A stretch of 64,000 bases of DNA from a virus, in the IMG/VR virus record IMGVR_UViG_3300025112_000010, positions 1-64,000 of that record. One strand, written 5' to 3'. How positions within the stretch are numbered: position 1 is the stretch's first letter; every line of letters starts with the position of its first letter. The position numbers and the translations under genes were made by a program. The notes under the pieces are model-generated. The model ran no database searches and was not told where the DNA came from. It saw only the letters and a program-made list of their open reading frames with translations. Positions 54,301 to 62,150 of this stretch are shown one piece after another.

Positions 54301-55417
54301 CCGTTATCTTGTCTATTGCTTTCTGTAAAACGCCTTGGAAGGTTTGGAAGATTGTGATGCCTAAGCCTTGGACAATCGATTTAAGCTCTGTGAATGAGCC
54401 TATGACAGAGTCCATGCGGATCTCAGCCATTGTTCTTGCGGCACCTGTAGCATCTTCTATGTATCCCTGAATCTTCTTCATCGCATCAGAACCTTGGTTC
54501 TTCAGCGCAAGCATTTGTCTACCGGCACGAACACCAAAGATCATCAAAGTGTCAGTGGCACTGATGTTGGCGTCTTCAAAAGTTTCAACAATCTCCGTAA
54601 GAGATTTGATTTCAGGGTTGATGTCTTGTATCGTGAGTCCATATTTCCCTAGAGTCTCCTGAGCTTTCTTTGTCCCTTTGGAGGCTTGTGATAATACTTG
54701 ACCAAGTCCCGCACCTGACACAGAGCCTTTGATGCCTGCATTGGCTAGAACACCAAGAGCTGCTGCAGTTTCTTCAAGAGATTGACCAAAGGCTTCTGCG
54801 ATTGGTGCAGATAGTTGGAAAGAGAACCCCAGCTTTTCAACAGAGGTGTTAGTGTTTGCTGCAGTAACGGCGATAACGTCAGTAACACGAGCTAGATTAG
54901 AAGCCTCGATGTTAAAGGCTCGCATCGTATCTACTGCGATTTCAGAGGCTCGTGCAAGTTCAAGGTTACCTGCTGCAGCAAGATTAAGAACCTCGCCTAC
55001 ACCAGCTAATACCTCCTCAGTGTTCAGACCCGCTAACGCCATGAACTTCATGGCTTCTGCAACCTCTGTTGCTGTAAAGCGAGTAGTCTCTCCTAACTCT
55101 TGGGCCTTTGCTGTGAGTTTGGCGAAGTTCGCGGCAGCTTCTGTGCTTGCCTCACTGGCATCCTTCATCACCGCTTTGACATCTTGCATCGCCTGTTGGA
55201 ATTTACCACCCAGGAGTACAATGGGCGTCAGAGCAGCAGCGACCACTAGAGAGAAATTACGAAGACCTCGACTTGCGCTTGTAAGGGCAGAGCCTACCTG
55301 CGTGGCTGCTGCCCCTAACTTCTGCATACTTGCTTGAACGGTTGTTGCACCGTTTTGAATCTGCCGTACCCCCGTCATGGAGATGTGCAGAATCGCTTGA
55401 CCTAATTTACTCGCCAT
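51398..55417 (-). CDS. Tail tape measure protein (1339 aa).
   Basis: Length, extended coiled coils, a central cluster of hydrophobic helices, and position after the chaperone pair. Confidence 0.85.
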   Translation of the reverse strand: MASKLGQAILHISMTGVRQIQNGATTVQASMQKLGAAATQVGSALTSASRGLRNFSLVVAAALTPIVLLGGKFQQAMQDVKAVMKDASEASTEAAANFAKLTAKAQELGETTRFTATEVAEAMKFMALAGLNTEEVLAGVGEVLNLAAAGNLELARASEIAVDTMRAFNIEASNLARVTDVIAVTAANTNTSVEKLGFSFQLSAPIAEAFGQSLEETAAALGVLANAGIKGSVSGAGLGQVLSQASKGTKKAQETLGKYGLTIQDINPEIKSLTEIVETFEDANISATDTLMIFGVRAGRQMLALKNQGSDAMKKIQGYIEDATGAARTMAEIRMDSVIGSFTELKSIVQGLGITIFQTFQGVLQKAIDKITGMVRAFNEWAKANKDVVASFVKSIAIFGAAAAALSVVLGVAGALLTTLGALIPAITLVVVFWKAFLIVAAALLVLLSPLVAIIAVMVADFEFFTEVLNVVAKAVWAIGKAFLEGLYLGLKVVGTVMATVMKAVLWAVGGWEGFYVVIEGVAVVVKYLTAILVGLTAILGGTLISSIVLLTSPIWGLAMAVGFLIGLVKRLLIWFGLLADDSKKVGQSFADMAASMGMSAEQMNQLDWMQNSEGAKRMGKEVRDAAAFYDDLGKNASLTGTKLNELTKSWDEGGKSVEGLTASLEEQMAAMITLKRTISRLEDGDVKTSLKADLATREKQYEVGVRTLRTAKVLKIVVEDTERTVEEHIEAHERRIKLQEELVALKLTEMNMAGDDAAARQKAAEAHEAEKERLRGYVHDLKVVNDHNQEYLEFVRQMRNDGVLTSEEITAAWVDQRLAQQELVAAQESLAEGAEDYADLVKEIHDADLEGLDKETSKINDQKDSIKEKLALRLEELRIIQLSYTKRLEELDAIEDEVERQKEFNKLLDEMERTYQQVAEVQDLMADNERQRLEDLDEAAKKEKEKKDKEIADEKKKKVELEKSRKDFNRQLKIDEAKRKGNRVEAAKLENEKILEQERAKMKKLGIVGEQARKNEELLAAQARDRIQKAQEAMAKDADKKLGKKPDVAKNEADLEKRVTDALLKQVDSVQKLILLYQGLYYIRFQQEALAMRAADTAVRFQQNLERLEQRRAKALGHGNDTEVKRLDAVIERMRTRGQLVNQFAQKRAQEAQVAGAVGGAGGDPAIVQAKIDEVQKRVHQMQLAVRASMIQVMNDFRAAPVHWVNAFLAGWTVESQRMIAAVQATMAAIKHESKPTTHHSPSLVDIWNQNVEVASGGIDRMVNTLAKKGPQLGRLAPSHYMGLGGTAPSGGGGGGTTTNNNDNRTVRMDINNNVDMDNVTRHIGKAISSANMSVGEV

Positions 55418-55825
55418 CTAAAAATCCTCATGTACTGCCATGTCCGTAGGCAAAGTTGCCCTATCTTCATGGTCGTCGAGGCTCGTCGATGGTTTGAGTG
55501 AGTCTAAGAATTGGGCGTACTCCCGCTCCTTAGCATGCTGGGCATACCGGATACTGTCCGCTGCTATGCGGCGTTCCTCGTACTTCCTAGTCGAAATACT
55601 TCTGCCCCACTCACCAAGCTGGAAATAAGTAGCTCGGTAAACGAGGTCAGGACTCCAACTATACTCAGAGCCAAATTGGTCTACCAACTCCGCTACGGAG
55701 TTGGCAAGGTTTCTTTCGTCTGGTCCTCCAGTGCTTCGTCCGTCGTCGGGGCTTGGTCCGTCTTCCCCGCTTGGAAGATCTTGTCCATCCCCATCATCAT
55801 AAAAAGCTCTTTCATCTCCTCCCAA
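55418..55825 (-). CDS. Frameshift extension ORF (T-like), -1 frame relative to the chaperone.
   Basis: Opens after a TGA at the start of a 133-nt overlap with 55693..56187; a U5 tract (GCUUUUUAUG) lies in the overlap. Confidence 0.45.
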   Translation of the reverse strand: MGGDERAFYDDGDGQDLPSGEDGPSPDDGRSTGGPDERNLANSVAELVDQFGSEYSWSPDLVYRATYFQLGEWGRSISTRKYEERRIAADSIRYAQHAKEREYAQFLDSLKPSTSLDDHEDRATLPTDMAVHEDF

Positions 55826-56187
55826 TCAATAACTGCCTTTGCAGCTTCAATCAGTTTCATCCAATCCAGGAGCGGTCGCTCTTCCCAGAACTTTGCATCC
55901 TCTTGGGTGATAACTCCTGCTACCGTTCGTAACGCAGGTGCTGTGGATTGATCAGAAAGAATACTACCAATGATGATAATTGGATTGGTATCGTCGTCGC
56001 CCATCATCCCAATGGTGGCGATAATCCGTACAAGGCTGTTTGCGCACTTGACAGTATCCTCCATTGAGAGTTCTCGCACAGTTAGGGTGGTTCCGTCTTT
56101 GAGTGTGATCTCACGTCCGCTGTTAAGCATACGTTCTGTAACTGTGACTTCTTCTGTGGGCTTTGCAGCCTTTTTCTTCTTAGCCAT
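55693..56187 (-). CDS. Tail assembly chaperone (G-like).
   Basis: Position immediately upstream of the tape measure gene and overlap with a -1 frame ORF. Confidence 0.55.
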   Translation of the reverse strand: MAKKKKAAKPTEEVTVTERMLNSGREITLKDGTTLTVRELSMEDTVKCANSLVRIIATIGMMGDDDTNPIIIIGSILSDQSTAPALRTVAGVITQEDAKFWEERPLLDWMKLIEAAKAVIDWEEMKELFMMMGMDKIFQAGKTDQAPTTDEALEDQTKETLPTP

Positions 56188-56471
56188 TAGGCGCTCCGTA
56201 TCGGTTTCTTTTTCACTCGATACAGAACATCCCGCAGGTTGTTTTGCTTCTGCACGAACAACTGGGGTTCGACGGAAGCTTTGCCGTTTGCGTGATCTCG
56301 AAGGATCTCGGTTAGGCGCTGGTCTGCGAAAGGTAAGTTGAATGTGAAGTAGAAGGCGTCAACCTTCTGGCGACCTTTGGACATCTCGGGGACGACGTTG
56401 ATAAAGTCAACGCCCTCAAGGGTCCAAACGTATGCTGCCATATTCAAATCTTTGGTTCTGTACTCGAACAT
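56187..56471 (-). CDS. Hypothetical tail protein.
   Basis: ORF track. Confidence 0.5.
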   Translation of the reverse strand: MFEYRTKDLNMAAYVWTLEGVDFINVVPEMSKGRQKVDAFYFTFNLPFADQRLTEILRDHANGKASVEPQLFVQKQNNLRDVLYRVKKKPIRSA

Positions 56472-56535
56472 TAAAATTTAATCCTGTTACTCTTGTTCAA
56501 AATCTTACTACCCCGCCACGATTGACGGGATAGGC

Positions 56536-56949
56536 TTACACTACGTCTGCGTAAGGCTTGGAAACGGTGATACCCGTAGTTGTCAACGAAGTAGTCGTGA
56601 TGGAAGGCGTAGTTGCCGTACCTGCACTCTTGCTCCAGACCCAACCGTAGAAACCATCGCCTGGGGGACGATTAGCATTGCTGCCGCCGATGTCATCAGA
56701 GTTGCTGTCGTTACCGACTGAAACACTGTTGGTCACGAGTTGAGCAGCGTTGGTAGACAACCACTGATCAATTGCATCACCAATAACTGCACGAGTCATC
56801 TTCATGGACGTCAACAGACCTTTAGGATCTGTAACAGTCATCACGATAGTGCCCGAATTAACGGAAGGCGTGACAGTGAAGTCAATCCAACTCGCTTCTT
56901 TATCGGCGTAGTTATGACCTGCGCCCGCACTAGGTTCTGAGAAAACCAT
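56536..56949 (-). CDS. Structural protein (Thr/Ser-rich C-terminus).
   Basis: ORF track; RBS GGAGAA. Confidence 0.5.
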   Translation of the reverse strand: MVFSEPSAGAGHNYADKEASWIDFTVTPSVNSGTIVMTVTDPKGLLTSMKMTRAVIGDAIDQWLSTNAAQLVTNSVSVGNDSNSDDIGGSNANRPPGDGFYGWVWSKSAGTATTPSITTTSLTTTGITVSKPYADVV

Positions 56950-56977
56950 GGTATGGTTCTCCTTTCAAAAAAGTAAG

Positions 56978-56997
56978 TTCTCCTAACAAGAGGAGAA
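56978..56997. promoter_or_regulatory. TTCTCCTAACAAGAGGAGAA palindromic motif.
   Basis: Read directly. Confidence 0.4.
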
Positions 56998-57002
56998 ACG
57001 AA

Positions 57003-57251
57003 TTAAAGTTGGCCTTCTTTGAAGAGCCGTAAAGCATCTCGCCTGACACGTCGTCGCGAGAGGTGTCGGTTGCTTAGGCTGGCAGAAACTGCCGCCAAAC
57101 AATCGAATAGTTGCCCTGCAGTGGGACTTGCCGAATTGTCTCGGCGTTCGCCGGGAACTCGGAAGTTCTGCACTTCAGGTTGGGTGTTAATAGACTGACC
57201 TGTTAGGTACGTCTTCACCGCATCATAAACTTCATCAGAATTGTAAGCCAC
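57003..57251 (-). CDS. Hypothetical protein.
   Basis: ORF track. Confidence 0.45.
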   Translation of the reverse strand: MAYNSDEVYDAVKTYLTGQSINTQPEVQNFRVPGERRDNSASPTAGQLFDCLAAVSASLSNRHLSRRRVRRDALRLFKEGQL

Positions 57252-57265
57252 GATGACCTCCTTCT

Positions 57266-57745
57266 TTAAGAGTCTACGATTGTTCCGAAATTGCCCGAGG
57301 TGTCTTTCAACACTTCAAACTGAATCTCGAATCGAACTTCCTCTTCCCGCTGCATGTTGTATTCACGGTTATCAAACGTGATGCACTTAGGGAATGTGAA
57401 TGTTCGGGTTCCGCAATTAGGGCTTGAGCCGGTGATTACCAAGGCTACTTCGTCTACCCAGCAAGAGTCGTTGTACCCAAGGGTCAACGTCGAGCCAGAA
57501 AGATTGGCAACAGGTAACATGAACGCGATACGCAACTGCTCCAAACTCACTTCGAGAATGGTAGTAGTAACATACATACGCTCAACGGATCGAGCTTTCT
57601 TCACAACACCTGCGGCTTGATCGGCAATCACTTCGATGTACTCGGGTTCGTGACGAACCGTCGTGCCACCCATCGTGTAGCCAATATCAGTACCGTTGAT
57701 TGTGATCGAAGCGGAACCAATGATAATATTGTCTGCGTCAGCCAT
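57266..57745 (-). CDS. Putative major tail (tube) protein.
   Basis: Size, beta-rich composition and position upstream of the chaperones; inference only. Confidence 0.4.
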   Translation of the reverse strand: MADADNIIIGSASITINGTDIGYTMGGTTVRHEPEYIEVIADQAAGVVKKARSVERMYVTTTILEVSLEQLRIAFMLPVANLSGSTLTLGYNDSCWVDEVALVITGSSPNCGTRTFTFPKCITFDNREYNMQREEEVRFEIQFEVLKDTSGNFGTIVDS

Positions 57746-57846
57746 AGAATTTACTCCTGTTTAGGCGTCTTGCAACTACAATAGAAACGTCCACATCCAC
57801 ATTCAGCCCCTATTTTATCTCCGCAAATGGGAGATACAACAGGACT

Positions 57847-58338
57847 TTAAATGGTATCGCAGATCTGATTGACCCACCAAACGTCGCATTCGACCTGGGA
57901 TCTGAAGGTGTCGTCCTCATCGTAGAAGATAGGCTCGACGTCCTGCTCTGCGTATTGAGTCTGTTTATTGGAGATAGACCGGCTGGAAAAGTCCAGGAAA
58001 GCTCTATTAGTTAGAGGTCCCTCTTGGTTCTGATCGTCCTGGTCTAGGAGGTGGGCGATCCTGTCACAGATGTCCTGGCAGACAAAGTCATCCTTTGCGA
58101 AGGCTCGGAAATGGATGCGGGACTTTTTCAACTGGCTCGGCCCGTTTTCAATCGCCCTCTCAGTCTGGAAGATTACTATGGAGAGGTAGGGGTAGATTGC
58201 CGTTCTCAGAGGTTCGCCCGTCAAGATCCTATAGCCATCGGGGTCAAGGACCTCGTGCCCCGTCAAGGTTACCAGACCTGAAGGTCCTGTATCCTCTCTA
58301 AGTTTGTTTACTATTGCTCTTCCTAATTCTGCACTCAT
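57847..58338 (-). CDS. Hypothetical neck or tail-completion protein.
   Basis: Position only. Confidence 0.45.
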   Translation of the reverse strand: MSAELGRAIVNKLREDTGPSGLVTLTGHEVLDPDGYRILTGEPLRTAIYPYLSIVIFQTERAIENGPSQLKKSRIHFRAFAKDDFVCQDICDRIAHLLDQDDQNQEGPLTNRAFLDFSSRSISNKQTQYAEQDVEPIFYDEDDTFRSQVECDVWWVNQICDTI

Positions 58339-58352
58339 CAGGGTCCTCTTTA

Positions 58353-58898
58353 TTAAGGGGGCGTAACGCCAGTTTTGGATGCCTTGAGAAGTGCAGCGCC
58401 TATGCGTCTGACTACGTCATCAAAGAACTTATCGCTGTTAGCTCTCCATACAGGAAGTATTGAGGGGTGGGCCTTTGAGCCCTTTGTTTGAAGTACCATG
58501 ATAATGGCTAAGGCTTGACTAACTCCAGCGGACCCGCTCATCCCCATCTTCCGTCTGACATACTCTACAATTCGTGCGTAGTCCGGTTTGTGCGCGGGGG
58601 CTCCCTGTTCTAGATTTAGACCATAAGGTACGCCAAAGGCTCCTATGTCTACGAAGGGTCCACTGGTGTTATTAACTCCACCCTTGACTGTCATCCTTGA
58701 GTGGTAGTCGCCTGTGAAGATGGACTGGTTCTTTTTGATCCTCTTTCGGATTCTAGGAACCAAGACGTGCATCGCAGATGTGCGCAAGATCTTTGCCATA
58801 GTTTGAGGCATCTGGTAGGACATGCTTGCGATATAACGGGACCAGTGGGTTAATCCACTGTTCCATTTAACCTTTACCGAATATACACCTGTAGGCAT
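58353..58898 (-). CDS. Hypothetical head-tail joining protein.
   Basis: Position only. Confidence 0.45.
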   Translation of the reverse strand: MPTGVYSVKVKWNSGLTHWSRYIASMSYQMPQTMAKILRTSAMHVLVPRIRKRIKKNQSIFTGDYHSRMTVKGGVNNTSGPFVDIGAFGVPYGLNLEQGAPAHKPDYARIVEYVRRKMGMSGSAGVSQALAIIMVLQTKGSKAHPSILPVWRANSDKFFDDVVRRIGAALLKASKTGVTPP

Positions 58899-59551
58899 TA
58901 GACTAGCTCCATCACAAGAGTAGTGTGGTGCATGTGCCCCCGGTCATCTAACTGGTGGTGTAGCCAAATCACTTGGTAGGTCTGGGCAACTCCCGCCTGG
59001 GATGTGACAGAGTAGGAAGCTCCTACAACAGTAGCCCAAGGTTGTTTGAAAATATTCTGGTGCTTGGTGAATCCTGTAAACTCATAAGTCAAAGGGGCTG
59101 CTGCATCCTCAAATTTCCAGACCGACCCTGTCCAGTAGACTATGTAATCTCCTGCTATGGAGTCCTCATACCGATCACGAGTTTTGCTCCACGTCAAAGT
59201 CTGGGAACCTGCGGGCGTCCCTATGACAATAGTCGTAGGCATAAAGGCACCAAGCCCCGAAGGACCTGACATGTTGGGCGGGGTTCCCCATGGGACTGCA
59301 ACATGGTCGTTCAGCTCCACAGCCGGGGAGTAGACCATAGTCACCTTGCGAGCCTTGTCCATGTCGAACCCAGGCTTTTTCAACTCTTCATCGTGCTTGT
59401 CTACTGTAGAGATCCGGCACTTGCGAGATGCGTAGATCTCCAATGCGTTACCCATCGTTACCCCACCTCTTCCGTTATCTATACTCTGCAACCTCTCTAC
59501 GGATACCGTGTGGGGTAAACCAAAGAGGTTGATCCTGGAGTTTGCTGGCAT
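58898..59551 (-). CDS. Hypothetical structural protein.
   Basis: ORF track. Confidence 0.45.
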   Translation of the reverse strand: MPANSRINLFGLPHTVSVERLQSIDNGRGGVTMGNALEIYASRKCRISTVDKHDEELKKPGFDMDKARKVTMVYSPAVELNDHVAVPWGTPPNMSGPSGLGAFMPTTIVIGTPAGSQTLTWSKTRDRYEDSIAGDYIVYWTGSVWKFEDAAAPLTYEFTGFTKHQNIFKQPWATVVGASYSVTSQAGVAQTYQVIWLHHQLDDRGHMHHTTLVMELV

Positions 59552-60252
59552 TAGTCTTCTCTCCAGGGATTGTAGTCGGCAGGCGTCATGCCATCAGTGG
59601 CACCTAAGAACATATCAACGAAGTTTATGTATCGTGCCAAGAGCCGATCCAGTTCCAGGTAACCGGTTGAGAAGTCGGTCTCGTTTCCGGACCTCTTGTA
59701 CGTGACTGTGAAGTCAGGCCAGACAGCTTGGATCACATCGGGGGTAGCCATCCCACTGGAACCTGGAATAAGGTTCTCAAGGGTCCACAAGAGTGTGGCT
59801 CTCTTTATGGCTGCGGGGACCGTCGAACGTCCAAAGGAACCGACAACTTTGACGTTGCTTTTGCCTTTAGGGAATCGACTCGTTTTGGTCACGCGCCGCA
59901 GTGTGTCCGCTGTACGAAGCATATCCAGATAGTGTTCCTGGACTTTGAAGTCTTCGTCTTCTGTGTAGGTCGTTAAGACTGTCGTCCCATCGTCGTCCAA
60001 CTCCTCCACTGAGGTAATTGAAATGGCAGGGGCTACTATCTCAGGGGGAAAGAACAACCGATAATAGTCCCCACCATCGTAGACGACTGTCTTAGTTTGG
60101 GCGTAGAACCAATCGTTGGTAAAAAGTTCGATGAACTCCTCAACGATGGCTATCTCGGCTGTGATCTCCGCGTCGGAGAACGCCACAAGATCCACTACCT
60201 CACCTGCCACTTTGTGGGTACGAACTTCAGTATAGGTAGCGTAGTTGCCCAT
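59551..60252 (-). CDS. Putative head-tail connector or adaptor protein.
   Basis: N-terminus YATYTEVRTHKVAGE resembles gp6-like adaptor N-termini; weak. Confidence 0.4.
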   Translation of the reverse strand: MGNYATYTEVRTHKVAGEVVDLVAFSDAEITAEIAIVEEFIELFTNDWFYAQTKTVVYDGGDYYRLFFPPEIVAPAISITSVEELDDDGTTVLTTYTEDEDFKVQEHYLDMLRTADTLRRVTKTSRFPKGKSNVKVVGSFGRSTVPAAIKRATLLWTLENLIPGSSGMATPDVIQAVWPDFTVTYKRSGNETDFSTGYLELDRLLARYINFVDMFLGATDGMTPADYNPWRED

Positions 60253-60256
60253 TGGG

Positions 60257-61441
60257 TTACTCCATGAGGATCTCCCGAATCGCTCGGGTGACAGTAGATA
60301 TGTTTGCTACTACTTTGACATCTCTGGAGCCCACAATCAACCCGAATGTGGTTCCGGTTGTGGCATCCAGGACTATGTCGAAGTCGGCGGGATTAACGGT
60401 GGAGTCGAACTCGGAGCCTTCGGTAACGTCGTAGACCTCTCGGAGCTTACGAACGAACTCACACCGGTCTCCTAATAATAGGAGAGTTCTCTTCATAGAG
60501 ACGGGACCTACCTGCGTGGATCTAATATCGAACTGCGGATCAATCGACGGTATGAAGGGCTCTGCTGCCTCTAAGACTTGCTGGACTGTGATTGCCTTCA
60601 GTAGCATGTGGGACGTCTCACAGTCGTGTGCGAGGGCTCTGGTGGGTCTTCCTGCACCAAACCTATGGACTGGAACTAGAAGTGGGTATTCCCCTATAAC
60701 ATCAGCAGGCCAAGTGTTTGAAAATAAGACCAGCCCTGGAACACCTAAGACCCCTGCAAGGTGTGCAAACCCTGAGTCTGATCCCAGGAAGAGGCTGCAT
60801 CGGGCAAGGGTTGCCACCTGTTTGCTCATGTCCTCATCTACGTCAGATAGCTTCGTAATGCGGTCGTCGGAGAATCCGGGTTCATCCTTGGTTCCAAGCC
60901 AGACGACGTCACAGCCCGCTTCTCGGATCGCGTAAGCGACTTTCTTCCAGTTGTCGAAGTCCCAGACTCGATTGGGGTTGCTGGCAGTGGGGTGGATAGC
61001 CACCGTACAGTTGAGGCACTTCACCAAAGGCTTGAGTCTCTTGACCTCAAACTCCCCAGGACCATGGGAGATGCCTGCCCTCTCGGAGGCTCGCTCATAG
61101 TAGGAGCCTGCTCGGAGGCTTCGTCTCTCGTTGAAGACATGGCTGTATTCCACGAGGTGGTCAAACTTGTTTCGTATTTGGGGGGTGTTGAACTTCTGGG
61201 TTTCGATTGCGTGGGCTACACCCTTCATGCGGGTGATGAGCTTGGTCTGGTGCCCTTTAACAATCGCCGTCACCTCTGCACCCGCTTCAGCAAGCACAGG
61301 AGCGAGTCCTCCAATGGCTATTACAACGTCGCCTACTCCACCTGTAAGCTTGAGGGCAATCTTCTTACCCTTCATCTCAGCTAGGGGTGGTAAACCACTC
61401 AAAGGTTCGTCGGTTGAGTTGCTCATAGAAAAGCCTTCCAT
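60257..61441 (-). CDS. Glycosyltransferase family 9 (heptosyltransferase-like). The last ~78 codons may be a separate small ORF.
   Basis: KKIALKLTGGVGDVVIAIGGL N-terminal signature; GVPGLVLFSNTWP region. Confidence 0.6.
   Translation of the reverse strand: MEGFSMSNSTDEPLSGLPPLAEMKGKKIALKLTGGVGDVVIAIGGLAPVLAEAGAEVTAIVKGHQTKLITRMKGVAHAIETQKFNTPQIRNKFDHLVEYSHVFNERRSLRAGSYYERASERAGISHGPGEFEVKRLKPLVKCLNCTVAIHPTASNPNRVWDFDNWKKVAYAIREAGCDVVWLGTKDEPGFSDDRITKLSDVDEDMSKQVATLARCSLFLGSDSGFAHLAGVLGVPGLVLFSNTWPADVIGEYPLLVPVHRFGAGRPTRALAHDCETSHMLLKAITVQQVLEAAEPFIPSIDPQFDIRSTQVGPVSMKRTLLLLGDRCEFVRKLREVYDVTEGSEFDSTVNPADFDIVLDATTGTTFGLIVGSRDVKVVANISTVTRAIREILME
60469..60486. promoter_or_regulatory. TCTCCTAATAATAGGAGA palindromic motif, here inside the 3-prime part of the GT9 ORF.
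   Basis: Read directly. Confidence 0.4.
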
Positions 61442-61455
61442 ATAAACCTCGCGTA

Positions 61456-61854
61456 TTAGGGTGTGGGACTTAATTTAAATTCGACAAGCCCTCTTCCGGC
61501 TACTTTATAAGCTCCAGAGTCGGCGCTGTCAAATATCCCGATCTCCATCCGGTTCTTTCCGGCAGAGAAATTCGAGGTCGTTAAGTCGGCGGCAGCTACT
61601 GAAAGGGTGAGGACTGCTGCCGCAGTGACAGATCCAAGCGAGGTCACTGTAACCGTTGACGTCCCTGTGTCCGTTATCGTGATCGTCGTCGAGGCGTCCC
61701 CGTCGTCCTTCCATATTTTCACCTGCGCCGTATCAGCAAGAACAAGAACAACGGGGGTGACCCCGTCCTCTTCGTAAAGAGAAATAGTCCAGATCTCTTT
61801 CGAGGCTTGGATGAAGGAAATTGTATCAAAGTTAAATGCGCCTGCCATCAGCAC
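61456..61854 (-). CDS. Hypothetical Thr-rich structural protein.
   Basis: ORF track. Confidence 0.5.
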   Translation of the reverse strand: MLMAGAFNFDTISFIQASKEIWTISLYEEDGVTPVVLVLADTAQVKIWKDDGDASTTITITDTGTSTVTVTSLGSVTAAAVLTLSVAAADLTTSNFSAGKNRMEIGIFDSADSGAYKVAGRGLVEFKLSPTP

Positions 61855-62150
61855 TTCTCCAGTTCTACGGAACTTGGTCCGCTTCTTTGTAACGCTACTG
61901 CACCGGGATTAAGCACTTGCTTTTCTAGTACAACCGCACTTGGTCCTACCCTGGCTAAACTCACCGCACTTATTCCCTGCTTCTCTAATACAACTGTACT
62001 CGGCCCTTGGCGGGCTAGTGCAACTCCCCCTACGCAAATAGGGGTATCAGCTACAGCGGCTTCTATGTAGCCAAGGGTGACTACCTCCGCAACGCTTCCC
62101 GAAAGGGTTCCGTTTCCAAACCCCAGGATAATGATCGTATTGACGGACAT
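61848..62150 (-). CDS. Small protein with three tandem ~16-aa repeats (ALARQGPSTVVLEKQ-like).
   Basis: Repeats visible in the translation and as ~48-nt DNA repeats at 61880..62030. Confidence 0.5.
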   Translation of the reverse strand: MSVNTIIILGFGNGTLSGSVAEVVTLGYIEAAVADTPICVGGVALARQGPSTVVLEKQGISAVSLARVGPSAVVLEKQVLNPGAVALQRSGPSSVELEKC

